Positions 33,231-43,339 are shown, counted from the stretch's first letter. The stretch is DNA of 63,306 nucleotides from an uncultured Coprobacillus sp. (GCA_964434915.1 CAYSWW010000001.1:1-63306); one strand, 5' to 3'. Numbers and translations: made by a program. Notes: generated by a model not told the origin, from the letters alone.

Positions 33231-34073
33231 ATGAAAGAAATAAGTCAAGAAATAATTATTAAAGAGGTTAAACGCTTATGTATGGAAGCAAATTATACGT
33301 TACCTTGCGATGTTACCCAAGCTTTGCATGAAGCTTATCAAAAAGAAGACGGCAAAATTGCCAAGCAGACGTTAGAAGTCTTAAGTGAAAATGCAAAAAT
33401 TGCGATGAATTCATCATCACCTATTTGTCAGGATACAGGAATGGCTTGCATATTTGTTGAAATTGGCCAAGATGTTCATATTAGCGGAAATTTGAATGAA
33501 GCTATCCATGAAGGTGTACGACAAGGATATCAAGAGGGGTATTTACGAAAAAGTGTGGTTGATGATCCTTTGTTTTCTCGTATAAATACCCAGGATAATA
33601 CACCGGCTATCATTCATTATGAAATTGTACCAGGAAATCAATTAAAAATTATCGTAGCACCAAAAGGGTTTGGAAGTGAGAATATGTCTCAGGTCAAAAT
33701 GCTCAAGCCAAGTGACGGAATAGAGGGCATAAAAGAGTTTGTGATGAAGGTTGTTGAAGATGCCGGGCCTAATGCTTGTCCACCGATGGTGATTGGGGTA
33801 GGTATTGGAGGTTCTTTTGATCTTGTGACATTGCTTGCGAAAAAGGCAATGCTGCGGGAAATTGGATCACATCATTCAGATGCTCGTTATCAGGATCTGG
33901 AAGTTGAATTGTTAGAAATGATTAATCAAACGGGAATAGGGCCCGCTGGTTATGGTGGTTGTACGACAGCGCTATCTTTGAATATTGAAACTTATCCAAC
34001 GCATATTGCTGGACTTCCGGTCGCGGTTAGTATTTGTTGCCATGTTGCGAGACATAAGGAGGTTATTTTATAA
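33231..34073 (+). CDS. Class I (Fe-S) fumarate hydratase / L(+)-tartrate dehydratase, alpha subunit
   Basis: ORF 33180..34073. CQDTG and other Cys ligands; size typical of the split alpha subunit. Confidence 0.8.
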   Translation: MKEISQEIIIKEVKRLCMEANYTLPCDVTQALHEAYQKEDGKIAKQTLEVLSENAKIAMNSSSPICQDTGMACIFVEIGQDVHISGNLNEAIHEGVRQGYQEGYLRKSVVDDPLFSRINTQDNTPAIIHYEIVPGNQLKIIVAPKGFGSENMSQVKMLKPSDGIEGIKEFVMKVVEDAGPNACPPMVIGVGIGGSFDLVTLLAKKAMLREIGSHHSDARYQDLEVELLEMINQTGIGPAGYGGCTTALSLNIETYPTHIAGLPVAVSICCHVARHKEVIL

Positions 34074-34639
34074 TGAAACATATAACAACTCCCTTCACAA
34101 AAGAAGCGGCTTTATCATTAAAAGCAGGCGATCAGGTTCTCTTATCAGGAACCATTTATACAGGACGTGATGCAGCACATAAACGTTTAATGGCTTTACT
34201 TCAAGAAGGCAAAAAATTACCTTTTGATGTGAAAGATCAAATAATTTATTATGTTGGTCCAACACCAACAAAGCCAGGAGAAGTTTTTGGCAGTGGTGGT
34301 CCAACAACATCAGGGCGTATGGATGCCTATGCTCCTTCTTTGTTGGCTCTGGGGTTAAGAGGAATGATTGGAAAAGGATATCGACAACAGTCTGTTAAAG
34401 AGGCAATGTGTGAATATGTAGGTGTTTATTTTGGAGCTATTGGTGGTGCAGGTGCATATATTGGCCGTTGTGTAGAATCTTGTGAAGTGATTGCTTTTGA
34501 AGATTTGGGGCCAGAAGCAATTCGGCGATTGGTTGTGAAGGATTTTCCTTTAACGGTAGTTATTGATGCTTATGGGCAAGATTTATATGAGATGGGAAGG
34601 AAAAATTATTTAAAGGAGCATAGCAATGGAAACAAATGA
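34073..34639 (+). CDS. Class I fumarate hydratase / tartrate dehydratase, beta subunit
   Basis: ATGA-type overlap with alpha. GTIYTGRDAAHKR, GPTTSGRMD motifs. Confidence 0.8.
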   Translation: MKHITTPFTKEAALSLKAGDQVLLSGTIYTGRDAAHKRLMALLQEGKKLPFDVKDQIIYYVGPTPTKPGEVFGSGGPTTSGRMDAYAPSLLALGLRGMIGKGYRQQSVKEAMCEYVGVYFGAIGGAGAYIGRCVESCEVIAFEDLGPEAIRRLVVKDFPLTVVIDAYGQDLYEMGRKNYLKEHSNGNK

Positions 34640-35450
34640 TTATAATGAGGTAGATATTTTATATGTTTTATTGTCTTATGTCAATGTATCTTCTAACCAG
34701 GATATGTATTATACAATTGCTCATACGATTTTAACGCATCTTGATAAAATCCCTGATATTAGTATTAATGATTTGGCTGATTTATGTTATACTTCTCCAG
34801 CAACTATTTCCAGATTTTGTAAAGATTTGAATTGTAAAAATTTTGCTAATTTTAAACATGAAATGGCGATTGCTTTAGAAATTGCTAAAAATGAAATTCA
34901 TATGAACGATGACGATATTTCTCAGATTACTAAAAATCCACAGTTTTTAGTTGATAAAATGTATCAAGAAACAATATCATCACTACAGCTTGTCTATCAA
35001 AGTATTAATATTCATGAAATTGATAAAATTTGTCAAATGATTCATCAGGCTAAAAAGATTCATTTGATTGGTTATCAGTTTAATAAGATTATTTCTAATG
35101 ATTTTCAGATGAAAATGTTGAAATTAAAAAAGTTTATTTATGCTTTTGTTGAACGTGGTGATGAAATTCAAAGATTAGATATGATTGATGAAGATAGTCT
35201 TGTGATTATTATTACGGTGCGTGCTAGAGAAGAATTAATTAATCCATTGATTGAAAAAGTGCATGAGCATCATCCTTGTATATTATTGCTGACAATGAAT
35301 AGATCATATCAAAATGAATTAATTGATTATATTTATTGTATTGATGGAACGGAAAGTAAATATACTGAGTCATCGATACAAGGTACTATGAATTTCTTAA
35401 GTTTATTGAATTTAATATATGTCAGATATGGTTTATTATATAGAAAGTAG
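34626..35450 (+). CDS. MurR/RpiR family transcriptional regulator
   Basis: SPATISRFCKDLNCKNF HTH plus a SIS-like C-domain. Confidence 0.8.
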   Translation: METNDYNEVDILYVLLSYVNVSSNQDMYYTIAHTILTHLDKIPDISINDLADLCYTSPATISRFCKDLNCKNFANFKHEMAIALEIAKNEIHMNDDDISQITKNPQFLVDKMYQETISSLQLVYQSINIHEIDKICQMIHQAKKIHLIGYQFNKIISNDFQMKMLKLKKFIYAFVERGDEIQRLDMIDEDSLVIIITVRAREELINPLIEKVHEHHPCILLLTMNRSYQNELIDYIYCIDGTESKYTESSIQGTMNFLSLLNLIYVRYGLLYRK

Positions 35451-35458
35451 GGTAGAAT

Positions 35459-36478
35459 ATGTATAGTTTTTTAAATGATTATAGTGAAGGAGCACATCCG
35501 GTTGTTTTAGAGGCTTTAGTGAATACAAATCTACAACAAAGTGTTGGTTATGGAATGGATGAATATTGTCAAAAGGCAACAGATGTCATTCGTCAAAGAA
35601 TAGCAAATAAGGAGGCTGATGTTCATTTTTTAGTTGGTGGAACACAAACGAACTTAACTTTTATTTCATTTGTTTTAAAAGATTATCAAGCGGTCATTGC
35701 AAGCGATGAAGGACATATTCATGTTCATGAAACAGGAGCTGTTGAAGCAACAGGACATAAAGTTTTAACTGTTACTCATCAAAATGGAAAAGTGACAATT
35801 GAAGGTATACAAGCAATTATCGATTCGCATCCTGATGAACATATGGTGCAGCCTAAAATGCTTTATATTTCACAAACTACTGAATTAGGTACATATTATA
35901 CCAAAGCAGAATTAGAAGCGTTACATGCTTACACTAAAGAAAATAATTTATATCTTTTTTTAGATGGAGCACGATTGGGAAGTGCGCTTGTGCAAGAAGA
36001 TGCACCAAGTTTAGCTGATATTGCTAAAAATACCGATGCCTTTTATATCGGTGGAACAAAGATGGGCGCATTGTTTGGAGAGGCATTGGTTATTGTCAAT
36101 CCAGCATTACAACCGGATTTTCGTTATCAAATGAAACAAAAAGGAGCAATGTTAGCCAAAGGGCGTTTATTAGGTGTACAATTCTATGCTTTATTAAAAG
36201 ATGGTTTGTATGAAGAAATTGGAAAGCATGAAAATGCAATGTGCATGATCATGAAAGAAGCGCTTGAAGAAAAAGGATATACTCTTTATTGTCCTTCTAC
36301 AACCAATCAAATTTTTGTCGATATGCCTAAAGATGATTTACAAAAGATTGAAGAAGAATTTATGGTTTCTCACATTCAATCATTAGATGATAACCATATC
36401 ATAATTCGTCTTGTTACATCATGGGCAACATCTGAAGAAGAAGCAAGAAAATTTGCAACAATGATACGTCAATTATAG
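35459..36478 (+). CDS. Low-specificity threonine aldolase family PLP enzyme
   Basis: FLNDYSEGAHP, VGGTQTN and GGTKMG (PLP Lys) motifs. Confidence 0.8.
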   Translation: MYSFLNDYSEGAHPVVLEALVNTNLQQSVGYGMDEYCQKATDVIRQRIANKEADVHFLVGGTQTNLTFISFVLKDYQAVIASDEGHIHVHETGAVEATGHKVLTVTHQNGKVTIEGIQAIIDSHPDEHMVQPKMLYISQTTELGTYYTKAELEALHAYTKENNLYLFLDGARLGSALVQEDAPSLADIAKNTDAFYIGGTKMGALFGEALVIVNPALQPDFRYQMKQKGAMLAKGRLLGVQFYALLKDGLYEEIGKHENAMCMIMKEALEEKGYTLYCPSTTNQIFVDMPKDDLQKIEEEFMVSHIQSLDDNHIIIRLVTSWATSEEEARKFATMIRQL

Positions 36479-36505
36479 TATAGATAGAGAAATGGAGGAT
36501 ATGAT

Positions 36506-36790
36506 ATGAATAGAACTGAATTAGTAGAAAAAGTGGCAATGCAAGCTGGTTTAACGAAAACACAGGCAGATGCGGCTATAAAAGCTTTTGTTGAAACAGT
36601 TACAGAGGCTTTAAAGGAAGGAGATAAGATTTCTTTAAAAGGATTTGGAACTTTTGAAGTAAGAGAAAGAAATGAAAGAACAGCCCGTAATCCAAGAACC
36701 GGAGAAACAATCATTGTTCCAGCTACGACAATACCAGCATTTAAAGCCAGTTCAGCATTAAAGAAAGAATTAAAGGTACCCCACAAATAA
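36506..36790 (+). CDS. hup: HU family DNA-binding protein
   Basis: MNRTELV...GFGTFEVRERNERTARNPRTGE...PAFKAS, a classic HU signature. Confidence 0.95.
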   Translation: MNRTELVEKVAMQAGLTKTQADAAIKAFVETVTEALKEGDKISLKGFGTFEVRERNERTARNPRTGETIIVPATTIPAFKASSALKKELKVPHK

Positions 36791-36817
36791 AGTGGAGTTG
36801 CCCTATATTCTGTAAGG

Positions 36818-36850
36818 ACAGAAGTGATAGCTATCACTTCTGTTTTTGGT
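36818..36850 (+). terminator. Rho-independent terminator of hup
   Basis: 13-bp stem ACAGAAGTGATAG/CTATCACTTCTGT followed by TTTT. Confidence 0.85.
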
Positions 36851-36859
36851 GTTAGAATT

Positions 36860-37480
36860 TGATTGGGATATCATCATTGAGTATAATACTTGATTCCTAA
36901 ATCTTGACCAACAGGTATAGCCATTTGCACTATGCTTGATCAGTTTAATGGCTTTGTTGTAATTTTCTATTTTGAATATTAGGCAAAGATGACTGAATAT
37001 CTTGAGGAGCTCGAAATATGCGAAGACAGAAACAGATGCCACTTTTATGCATCATTATGGTGGAACTAACCTATTTTCATGCTGCATATAACATACAGAT
37101 CATAATACATAACACATGTAGGTATTTTGATATTGCGGATTGATACAACAACTTTCATCCCCATGATGAACAACTATAGGGATGTTGTCTATGGAGAGCT
37201 GCAATGAGATCCTGTGGCAGATGCAGGATATGAAAGCTATGCCCATTATATGTATTGTCTGAGCAATGAAGTCGCTCTTGTACAGAAGTTCAATGTCTAT
37301 AGCATTAAAAAAAGCACAAAATATAAAAAGAAGATTTTCAACAAAGATAACTGGCACAGGGACGAAGAGACAGGCGACTATATTTTCCCCAACTGAAAAA
37401 GATTCGGGATGGAAAGTGAAAGGAGAATATCATAAAATCAATTATATAAGAATTGATCAAATAGCTATAGATTATCTTGT
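36860..37480 (+). mobile_element. IS1182-family transposase remnant, central portion, degraded
   Basis: ORF 37214..37396 reads ADAGYESYAHYMY...KKKIFNKDNWHRDEETGDYIFPN, the DDE 'DAGY' region of IS1182-type transposases. Flanks are frame-broken. Confidence 0.55.
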
Positions 37481-37844
37481 TTAAAAATATTGATATAGAT
37501 ATCGTTTGTATTTGACAGTTTATACGATGACTTTATTGTTTAGTGAATTGATTTTAAAACAAATGAAGAATTTTTTCATGCCAATAGTTGTTTTTTTCAT
37601 GGTTGTTTTAGAATTCCTTTTGATAATCGTTTATACCAGATGGTTAAAATCAATTATTTTTTAGAAGAAGAACTTATTCCTTATATACCTGTTGAAATCT
37701 ATACTCATCAGGATTAATTCAAAGAGATAAGTCATGTTGAGTATCAGATTTTAATTCACAATTAAGTCATTATATTTTCAGCTAGACCATTTCAAGCTAT
37801 GGAATATGAAGAAGGAAAAACAACTCCATTTCCAGGTCATGTAG

Positions 37845-38307
37845 ATGGCTATGTCCAAGATGATCATTAGTGAGATTCAAAACATGCAAGATTATATAGA
37901 GACTCTAGATTTTGTATTAAAGGTTTATGATGAGAATAAAGAGGGTTATTATCAGCCAATGTCGACTTTAGAACAGGCTTCATCCCATAGTTATCGTTAT
38001 GATGATGAAAACATCTGTATAGAAAACTTGAGATATGATATGAATGTTACAGATAACATTAAAACAGAATCAAGATTCAATAATATATATCCTATTTTAT
38101 ACAGTTAACGAAGATCAACAAGAGAACTTATTTCTTAATTATGATAATACCCTTGATCAAAATCATTATATAAGTTTGATTATTGATACAAATCAACGTT
38201 TTGTTCATCTGTCATTTGATTATCTATCAAAACTGAAAATAGAGGATCGTGATGATAATGATCAGGTTATTGATTCTTATATCTGTGAATTGGAGAAAGT
38301 CTTATAA
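37845..38307 (+). pseudogene. Unknown-function gene split by a frameshift
   Basis: ORFs 37845..38108 and 38044..38307 overlap in different frames and read on as one sequence. Confidence 0.4.
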
Positions 38308-38339
38308 AAATCATATGTGCATCAGATTATCTTGATGTT

Positions 38340-38640
38340 TTAAAGTTTATGTTAAGAGAAAATCAGAAGTTAAATATGGTGATTGTAGATAAAGATTTTA
38401 ATTATGAAGGTATGTGTTATTATTTTCTATGGAACATCTTCAATATCAGATATACGAGAAGCCTTATGGTTTTGTTAGAATTAAGAAATCAACTTTGGGC
38501 AATATTCACAAGATAGAAAATATGATACTTGAAATTCAAAAAATATATATTTTGATTTTAAAAAGTCAGAAAAAGCTGTCATCAACACGTTATGATGTGA
38601 AGAATTTTATGGAAACGTTAAAGAGATATACTTTATGAAA
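38340..38640 (+). pseudogene. LytTR-domain regulator remnant
   Basis: ORF 38414..38638 contains GFVRIKKSTLGNIHKIENM (LytTR-like F.RIH.S.IVN..I). The upstream part is frame-broken. Confidence 0.4.
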
Positions 38641-38852
38641 GAGAGAAAAGGAATTCGTTATGAAATCAGTTTTATTTATCTGCTCATTATGAGAAGTCTG
38701 GCAGATGTTTAAAGAAGTCTATATACATCATGTCAAGATTTAAGAAGTTATTCTATCCATATGTCTGATTGCAGTCATCGTATTATAGGACGATGATTTT
38801 GTTTTTGGTCTTTTATATAAGTCGAGACATCAAATAAATAAAACATTATAAA

Positions 38853-38869
38853 AAGGGCTTTAGCCCTTT
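38853..38869. terminator. Bidirectional hairpin terminator next to the LacI stop
   Basis: AAAGGGC-ttta-GCCCTTT flanked by A and T runs. Confidence 0.7.
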
Positions 38870-39892
38870 TTATAAGCTTGTAGAATCTCTTTGAATCAAT
38901 TCTACAGGTAAAATATAGTGTTTTTCATCACTATTCACAGTTTCGTCATTCATTAATGATAATAATAAGCTGGAGGCTTTTTGGGCAAGCTGTTTGGTAT
39001 TTTGATGAATTGTTGATAATGATGGTTGGCAGGCATAAGAAATAGAAATATCATCAAATCCAATGATTTTGACGTCTTCAGGAACACGAATATGATTTTC
39101 TGATAAGGCAACTAAGACACCATAAGCTCGCCAATCATTGGTTGCAAATATACCATCAAAAGGAATACCTGATTGAATGAGCTTTTCAGTCGCATGTTTT
39201 GCACCATCATAATTAGAAGATGAAACATCTAATAAAATCTGTAATTCTTTATGAGCGACAAGTCCATAGTCTTTTAAAGCCTGGCGATATCCTTCCAGTC
39301 GTTGTTGATTGACTGATAAGGATTTATTACGTGAAACAATCGCAATCCGCTTACAGCCTTTATTGATTAATTCTTTGGTTGCCAGATAACCACCGCTATA
39401 GTGATTAGATTCTACATAATAAACATTGTTGTGATATTTAGGTTTTCGATCAATACAGACGATAGGAATATCTCTTGTGATGATGTTGGTTGGTAATTCT
39501 TCACTACCTGAGATACACATGATTCCATCTACTAGTTTAGAATCAAGTGATTTAAAATAAGCAATTTCTTTTTCTTCAGTCTGAGAAGTATTGCATATAA
39601 AAACAGAATAATTTTTTTCAAAAAAATATTTTTCGATTTCTAAGACAAGATGGGAAAACCATTCATTGTCGATATTAGGAACAATAACACCCACTGTTTT
39701 TGATTTTGACATTCTTAAGCTTTTTGCAGCCATATTGGTTCTATAGCCATATTGATCAATTATTTTTTGAACTTTGATTCTTGTTTCTTCAGAAAAGCGA
39801 CCATTATTATTAATCACGCGTGAAACTGTAGCCACAGATACATCGGCTAGTTTTGCTATTTCTTTTATTGATAACCTCTTTTTTTTATTCAT
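38870..39892 (-). CDS. LacI family transcriptional regulator
   Basis: SIKEIAKLADVSVATVSRVINN HTH plus a periplasmic-binding-protein-like domain. Confidence 0.9.
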   Translation of the reverse strand: MNKKKRLSIKEIAKLADVSVATVSRVINNNGRFSEETRIKVQKIIDQYGYRTNMAAKSLRMSKSKTVGVIVPNIDNEWFSHLVLEIEKYFFEKNYSVFICNTSQTEEKEIAYFKSLDSKLVDGIMCISGSEELPTNIITRDIPIVCIDRKPKYHNNVYYVESNHYSGGYLATKELINKGCKRIAIVSRNKSLSVNQQRLEGYRQALKDYGLVAHKELQILLDVSSSNYDGAKHATEKLIQSGIPFDGIFATNDWRAYGVLVALSENHIRVPEDVKIIGFDDISISYACQPSLSTIHQNTKQLAQKASSLLLSLMNDETVNSDEKHYILPVELIQRDSTSL

Positions 39893-40102
39893 AAAATGTC
39901 AACTCCTAAATTTATTATATATTTTTTTTAAAATTTTTCCTAGAAAAAAACATATTTTGTGGTAGAATATTTTTTTAGTCATAAATTTAACCCTAGTTAA
40001 ATGTTGATAATTGATTCAACTCCGTTAAAACAGTGTGAAAATCAATTAAAATGAAACATGATATTTTCATCTGTGATATACTTATATCGTGGTAAAGATA
40101 TT

Positions 40103-40312
40103 ATGACTGATAAAATATTTCATGATATTATTGATTCCATTATCAATCGTTCAACTGATGATGAAATTGAAATTATTAGAGAAAAACTCAATAACCTTAC
40201 CCCCAATCATGTTCACAGTGAGGACAAGATTGTACGTAATCGCACTACTATATCATTAAATATGATAAGGATAAAAAGAAAATTAAAGATATTTATGCAA
40301 ACACTGTCATAA
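40103..40312 (+). CDS. Hypothetical small protein, possibly a fragment of a degraded gene
   Basis: Part of ORF 40058..40312. No recognisable motifs. The downstream 350 bp is coding-like but broken. Confidence 0.25.
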   Translation: MTDKIFHDIIDSIINRSTDDEIEIIREKLNNLTPNHVHSEDKIVRNRTTISLNMIRIKRKLKIFMQTLS

Positions 40313-40681
40313 GACATTATTGTCCATGATTAGAACCTTGTCTTCATATTCAAAGAAGCAAATCCATCAATGGTATCAGTATGTGGAATCACTCTTTCGT
40401 GTTAATATCATTGTTCAATCTACTCATATTATAAGATACTGAGTATATGTGCTACTCTCACAGCTGAAGATCGCATACGAGATGGAGTTGTTTATTTTGA
40501 TGAAAAAGCTAGGAGTCAAATGAATTAAGATTTTAGGAAAGAAGAGAAAGATGGGTATACATTGGATAAGTTCAATAGACGACATTCGTCAATTGAATTG
40601 TTTTTGCATGGATATAAAGGGGGGATCAGACAAGTATTTAAAGAATTACATTGGACATATTTTAATTAATGTATTTCAGAT

Positions 40682-40731
40682 ATAGTTGTCAACTATCTAA
40701 GGTTATATTTTCGTCATAAAATATGACGAAA
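40682..40731. promoter_or_regulatory. Two palindromes upstream of the oxidoreductase gene (candidate operators)
   Basis: ATAGTTG-t-CAACTAT (40682-40696) and TTTCGTCAT-aaaat-ATGACGAAA (40709-40731). Confidence 0.35.
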
Positions 40732-40790
40732 TTTCACATAGATGAGATATATCAAAAAAGATATAATAAAGTACAAGGAGGAATGGACTT

Positions 40791-41747
40791 ATGATTCAAT
40801 GGGGAATACTGGGAATAGGAAACATTGCACAACGCTTTATAAGAAGTTTAGAAAAAAGTGAAAATGGTCAACTTTATGCTGCAGCCTCTTATACAGAAAG
40901 CAAATGTGAAAGATTTTCAAAAGACCATCCGAATGTGTTGGTTTATCATGATTATGAAGCATTATTAAATGATGATAATGTTGATGCAGTGTATCTTGCT
41001 ATGAGACATATTGACCATTATCGTTGGGCAAAAAAAGCCATTCAACATCATAAAGCAGTTCTTTGTGAAAAACCGGCAACACTTTATAAATGGCAGATGG
41101 AAGATTTAAAACAGGAAGTTTTGAAGAATCAAACTTTTTTTATGGAAGCTATGAAAACACGTTTTATTCCTTTGATTCAGGATATCAAAGAGTGCTTGGA
41201 TCAAAAGAAGATTGGTGAACTGTTAAGTGTTGAAACACGATTTTGTTATGATAGGGATTATTTAGAGGGACATTATTTGTTTGATCATCAACAAGGTGGA
41301 ATTTTAAATGATGTGGGCAGTTATAATGTTGCTAGTACTTTGGATTATATTCATTCTGCAGTGACTTCTATCGATTCTCAGGTACAGATTCGCTATGGGG
41401 TGGATAGTCATGATCAAGTGATAATCACTTTTGAAAGTGGTCAAAAAGCTTTGATGGAAATGGCTTTTGATGAAAAGAAAGCTCCTATTTTAGAAATTAG
41501 GGGAACTAAAGGAAAAATTTTGGCACAGCCTTTTTATCGTCCTACAGAGGCTACTATTATAGATGTTGAAGGCAATGTGCATTATATTGAAAAACCTTAT
41601 GTTAATGATGACTTCTTTGGAGAAATCGAAGAAGTTCATCGCTGTTTTAAGGAAGGACTCGTGGAAAGTCCTCGTATGAGTTTGCAGGATTCTATTGATT
41701 GTATTGATTTGATTGAAAAAATAAGAAACAGTTTTTCAAAGGAATGA
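40791..41747 (+). CDS. Gfo/Idh/MocA family oxidoreductase
   Basis: GILGIGNIA Rossmann start and the CEKP motif. Confidence 0.85.
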   Translation: MIQWGILGIGNIAQRFIRSLEKSENGQLYAAASYTESKCERFSKDHPNVLVYHDYEALLNDDNVDAVYLAMRHIDHYRWAKKAIQHHKAVLCEKPATLYKWQMEDLKQEVLKNQTFFMEAMKTRFIPLIQDIKECLDQKKIGELLSVETRFCYDRDYLEGHYLFDHQQGGILNDVGSYNVASTLDYIHSAVTSIDSQVQIRYGVDSHDQVIITFESGQKALMEMAFDEKKAPILEIRGTKGKILAQPFYRPTEATIIDVEGNVHYIEKPYVNDDFFGEIEEVHRCFKEGLVESPRMSLQDSIDCIDLIEKIRNSFSKE

Positions 41748-41779
41748 TTTCTTCTTGAGAGGAAATCTTTTTTTGTTTA

Positions 41780-41795
41780 TGGCACACATTGTGCC
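41780..41795 (+). promoter_or_regulatory. Sigma54-like -24/-12 element, or a palindromic operator
   Basis: TGGCACACATTGTGCC: GG and GC have sigma54 spacing, and it is also the GGCACA-cat-TGTGCC palindrome. About 75 nt upstream of the GH1 start. Confidence 0.4.
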
Positions 41796-41868
41796 GATAA
41801 CATATATCGAAACGAGGGAAAGAGTGATTTACAATAGAAATATCAAAAGATAAAGGAGGAATACAATC

Positions 41869-43335
41869 GTGAGTTTTCCTAAAGATTTTTTATGGGGTGG
41901 TTCAGTAAGTGCTGCCCAGATTGAAGGAGGATGGAATGAAGGTGGAAAATCACCTGTTTCTGTAGATTATTGTACGGCAGGATCCACAACTGAGCACCGT
42001 CAGATATGGTATTTGGATGAAAATGGTCAAAGAGCACATATGACTTGGGAACCTGTTGATGAGTTACCAAAAGGAGCTAAATATCAGCTTTTTGATGATT
42101 TGCATTATACAAATCATGTTGCTAGTGATTTTTATCATCGTTATAAAGAAGATATCGCATTGATGGCAGAAATGGGATATACCACATTTAACACATCTAT
42201 CTCATGGGCGAGAATTTATCCATATGGTATTCAAGGTGGAGTGAATCAGGAAGGTGTTGACTTCTATCGTGATGTTTTTACAGAATGTCGTAAATATGGT
42301 ATGGATCCAGTGATTACTTTATATAAGTATGATGAACCTGTTTCTTTAAATGAACAGCATGGTGGTTGGACAAATCGTGCTATGATTGATGAGTTTGTTG
42401 AATTTACAAGAGTCTGCTTTACAGAATATAAGGATTTAGTCAATAAATGGATGACATTTAATGAAATCAATATCATTATGCCAAGAGAAGATACACCAAA
42501 AGAAAAAGCACAGCGTAATCTGGTTTATTTACATAATCAATTGGTTGCTGCTGCAAAAGCAACAATTGTAGCTCATGAAATTGATCCAAATCTGAAAGTT
42601 GGAGCTATGATTTGTGGAAATATGTCTTATCCTTTGACACCAGATCCAGAAGATGCATTCGCACAATACAAGAATTTCCAGAATTTCTTCTGTTATAGTG
42701 CAGATACGCAGGTCAGAGGGGAATATCCTAGTTTTGCTAAACGTGTATGGAAAGAATGGGATGTGGACTTACATATCAGTGAAGAAGACAAATGTATTTT
42801 GAAAGAAGGAAAGGCAGATTTTTTGGGATTCTCGTATTATGCTTCAGGTGTTGTCACGACACATGAAGCTGAACATTCTAATGTGACAGGAGGAAATGTT
42901 TTAGGTACAGTAAAGAATCCATATTTAAAAGCCAATGCTTGGGGATGGCAAATTGACCCATTAGGATTTAAACATTTCTTACATATTTTAAATGATCGTT
43001 ATCAGGTTCCTTTATTTGATGTAGAAAATGGAATTGGATTGATTGAATCTGAAGGAGAAGATGGTATCTGTCACGATGAAGCGAGAATTGATTATCATCG
43101 CCAACATATTCAACGTATGAAAGAAAGTATTGAAGAAGGTGTTAATCTATTTGGTTATACAACTTGGGGATGTATTGATTTAGTTTCTGCTGGAACAGGA
43201 CAGATGGATAAAAAATATGGATTTATATATGTTGATATGGATGATCAGGGTCATGGTGATTTACATCGTTCAAGAAAAGATTCATTTTATTGGTATCAGA
43301 AAGTTATTCGTTCAAATGGTGAAGATTTAGATTAG
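41869..43335 (+). CDS. GH1 6-phospho-beta-glucosidase (BglA/AscB-like)
   Basis: GTG start after AAGGAGG. FLWGGSVSAAQIEGG, TFNEIN, VENGIG, KKYGFIYVD. Confidence 0.9.
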   Translation: MSFPKDFLWGGSVSAAQIEGGWNEGGKSPVSVDYCTAGSTTEHRQIWYLDENGQRAHMTWEPVDELPKGAKYQLFDDLHYTNHVASDFYHRYKEDIALMAEMGYTTFNTSISWARIYPYGIQGGVNQEGVDFYRDVFTECRKYGMDPVITLYKYDEPVSLNEQHGGWTNRAMIDEFVEFTRVCFTEYKDLVNKWMTFNEINIIMPREDTPKEKAQRNLVYLHNQLVAAAKATIVAHEIDPNLKVGAMICGNMSYPLTPDPEDAFAQYKNFQNFFCYSADTQVRGEYPSFAKRVWKEWDVDLHISEEDKCILKEGKADFLGFSYYASGVVTTHEAEHSNVTGGNVLGTVKNPYLKANAWGWQIDPLGFKHFLHILNDRYQVPLFDVENGIGLIESEGEDGICHDEARIDYHRQHIQRMKESIEEGVNLFGYTTWGCIDLVSAGTGQMDKKYGFIYVDMDDQGHGDLHRSRKDSFYWYQKVIRSNGEDLD

Positions 43336-43339
43336 TTAG

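Noticed and set aside
36469-36837. 122-aa minus-strand ORF covering the whole HU gene.
   Set aside because: It is the mirror frame of hup, which carries an unmistakable HU signature, an RBS and a terminator on the plus strand.
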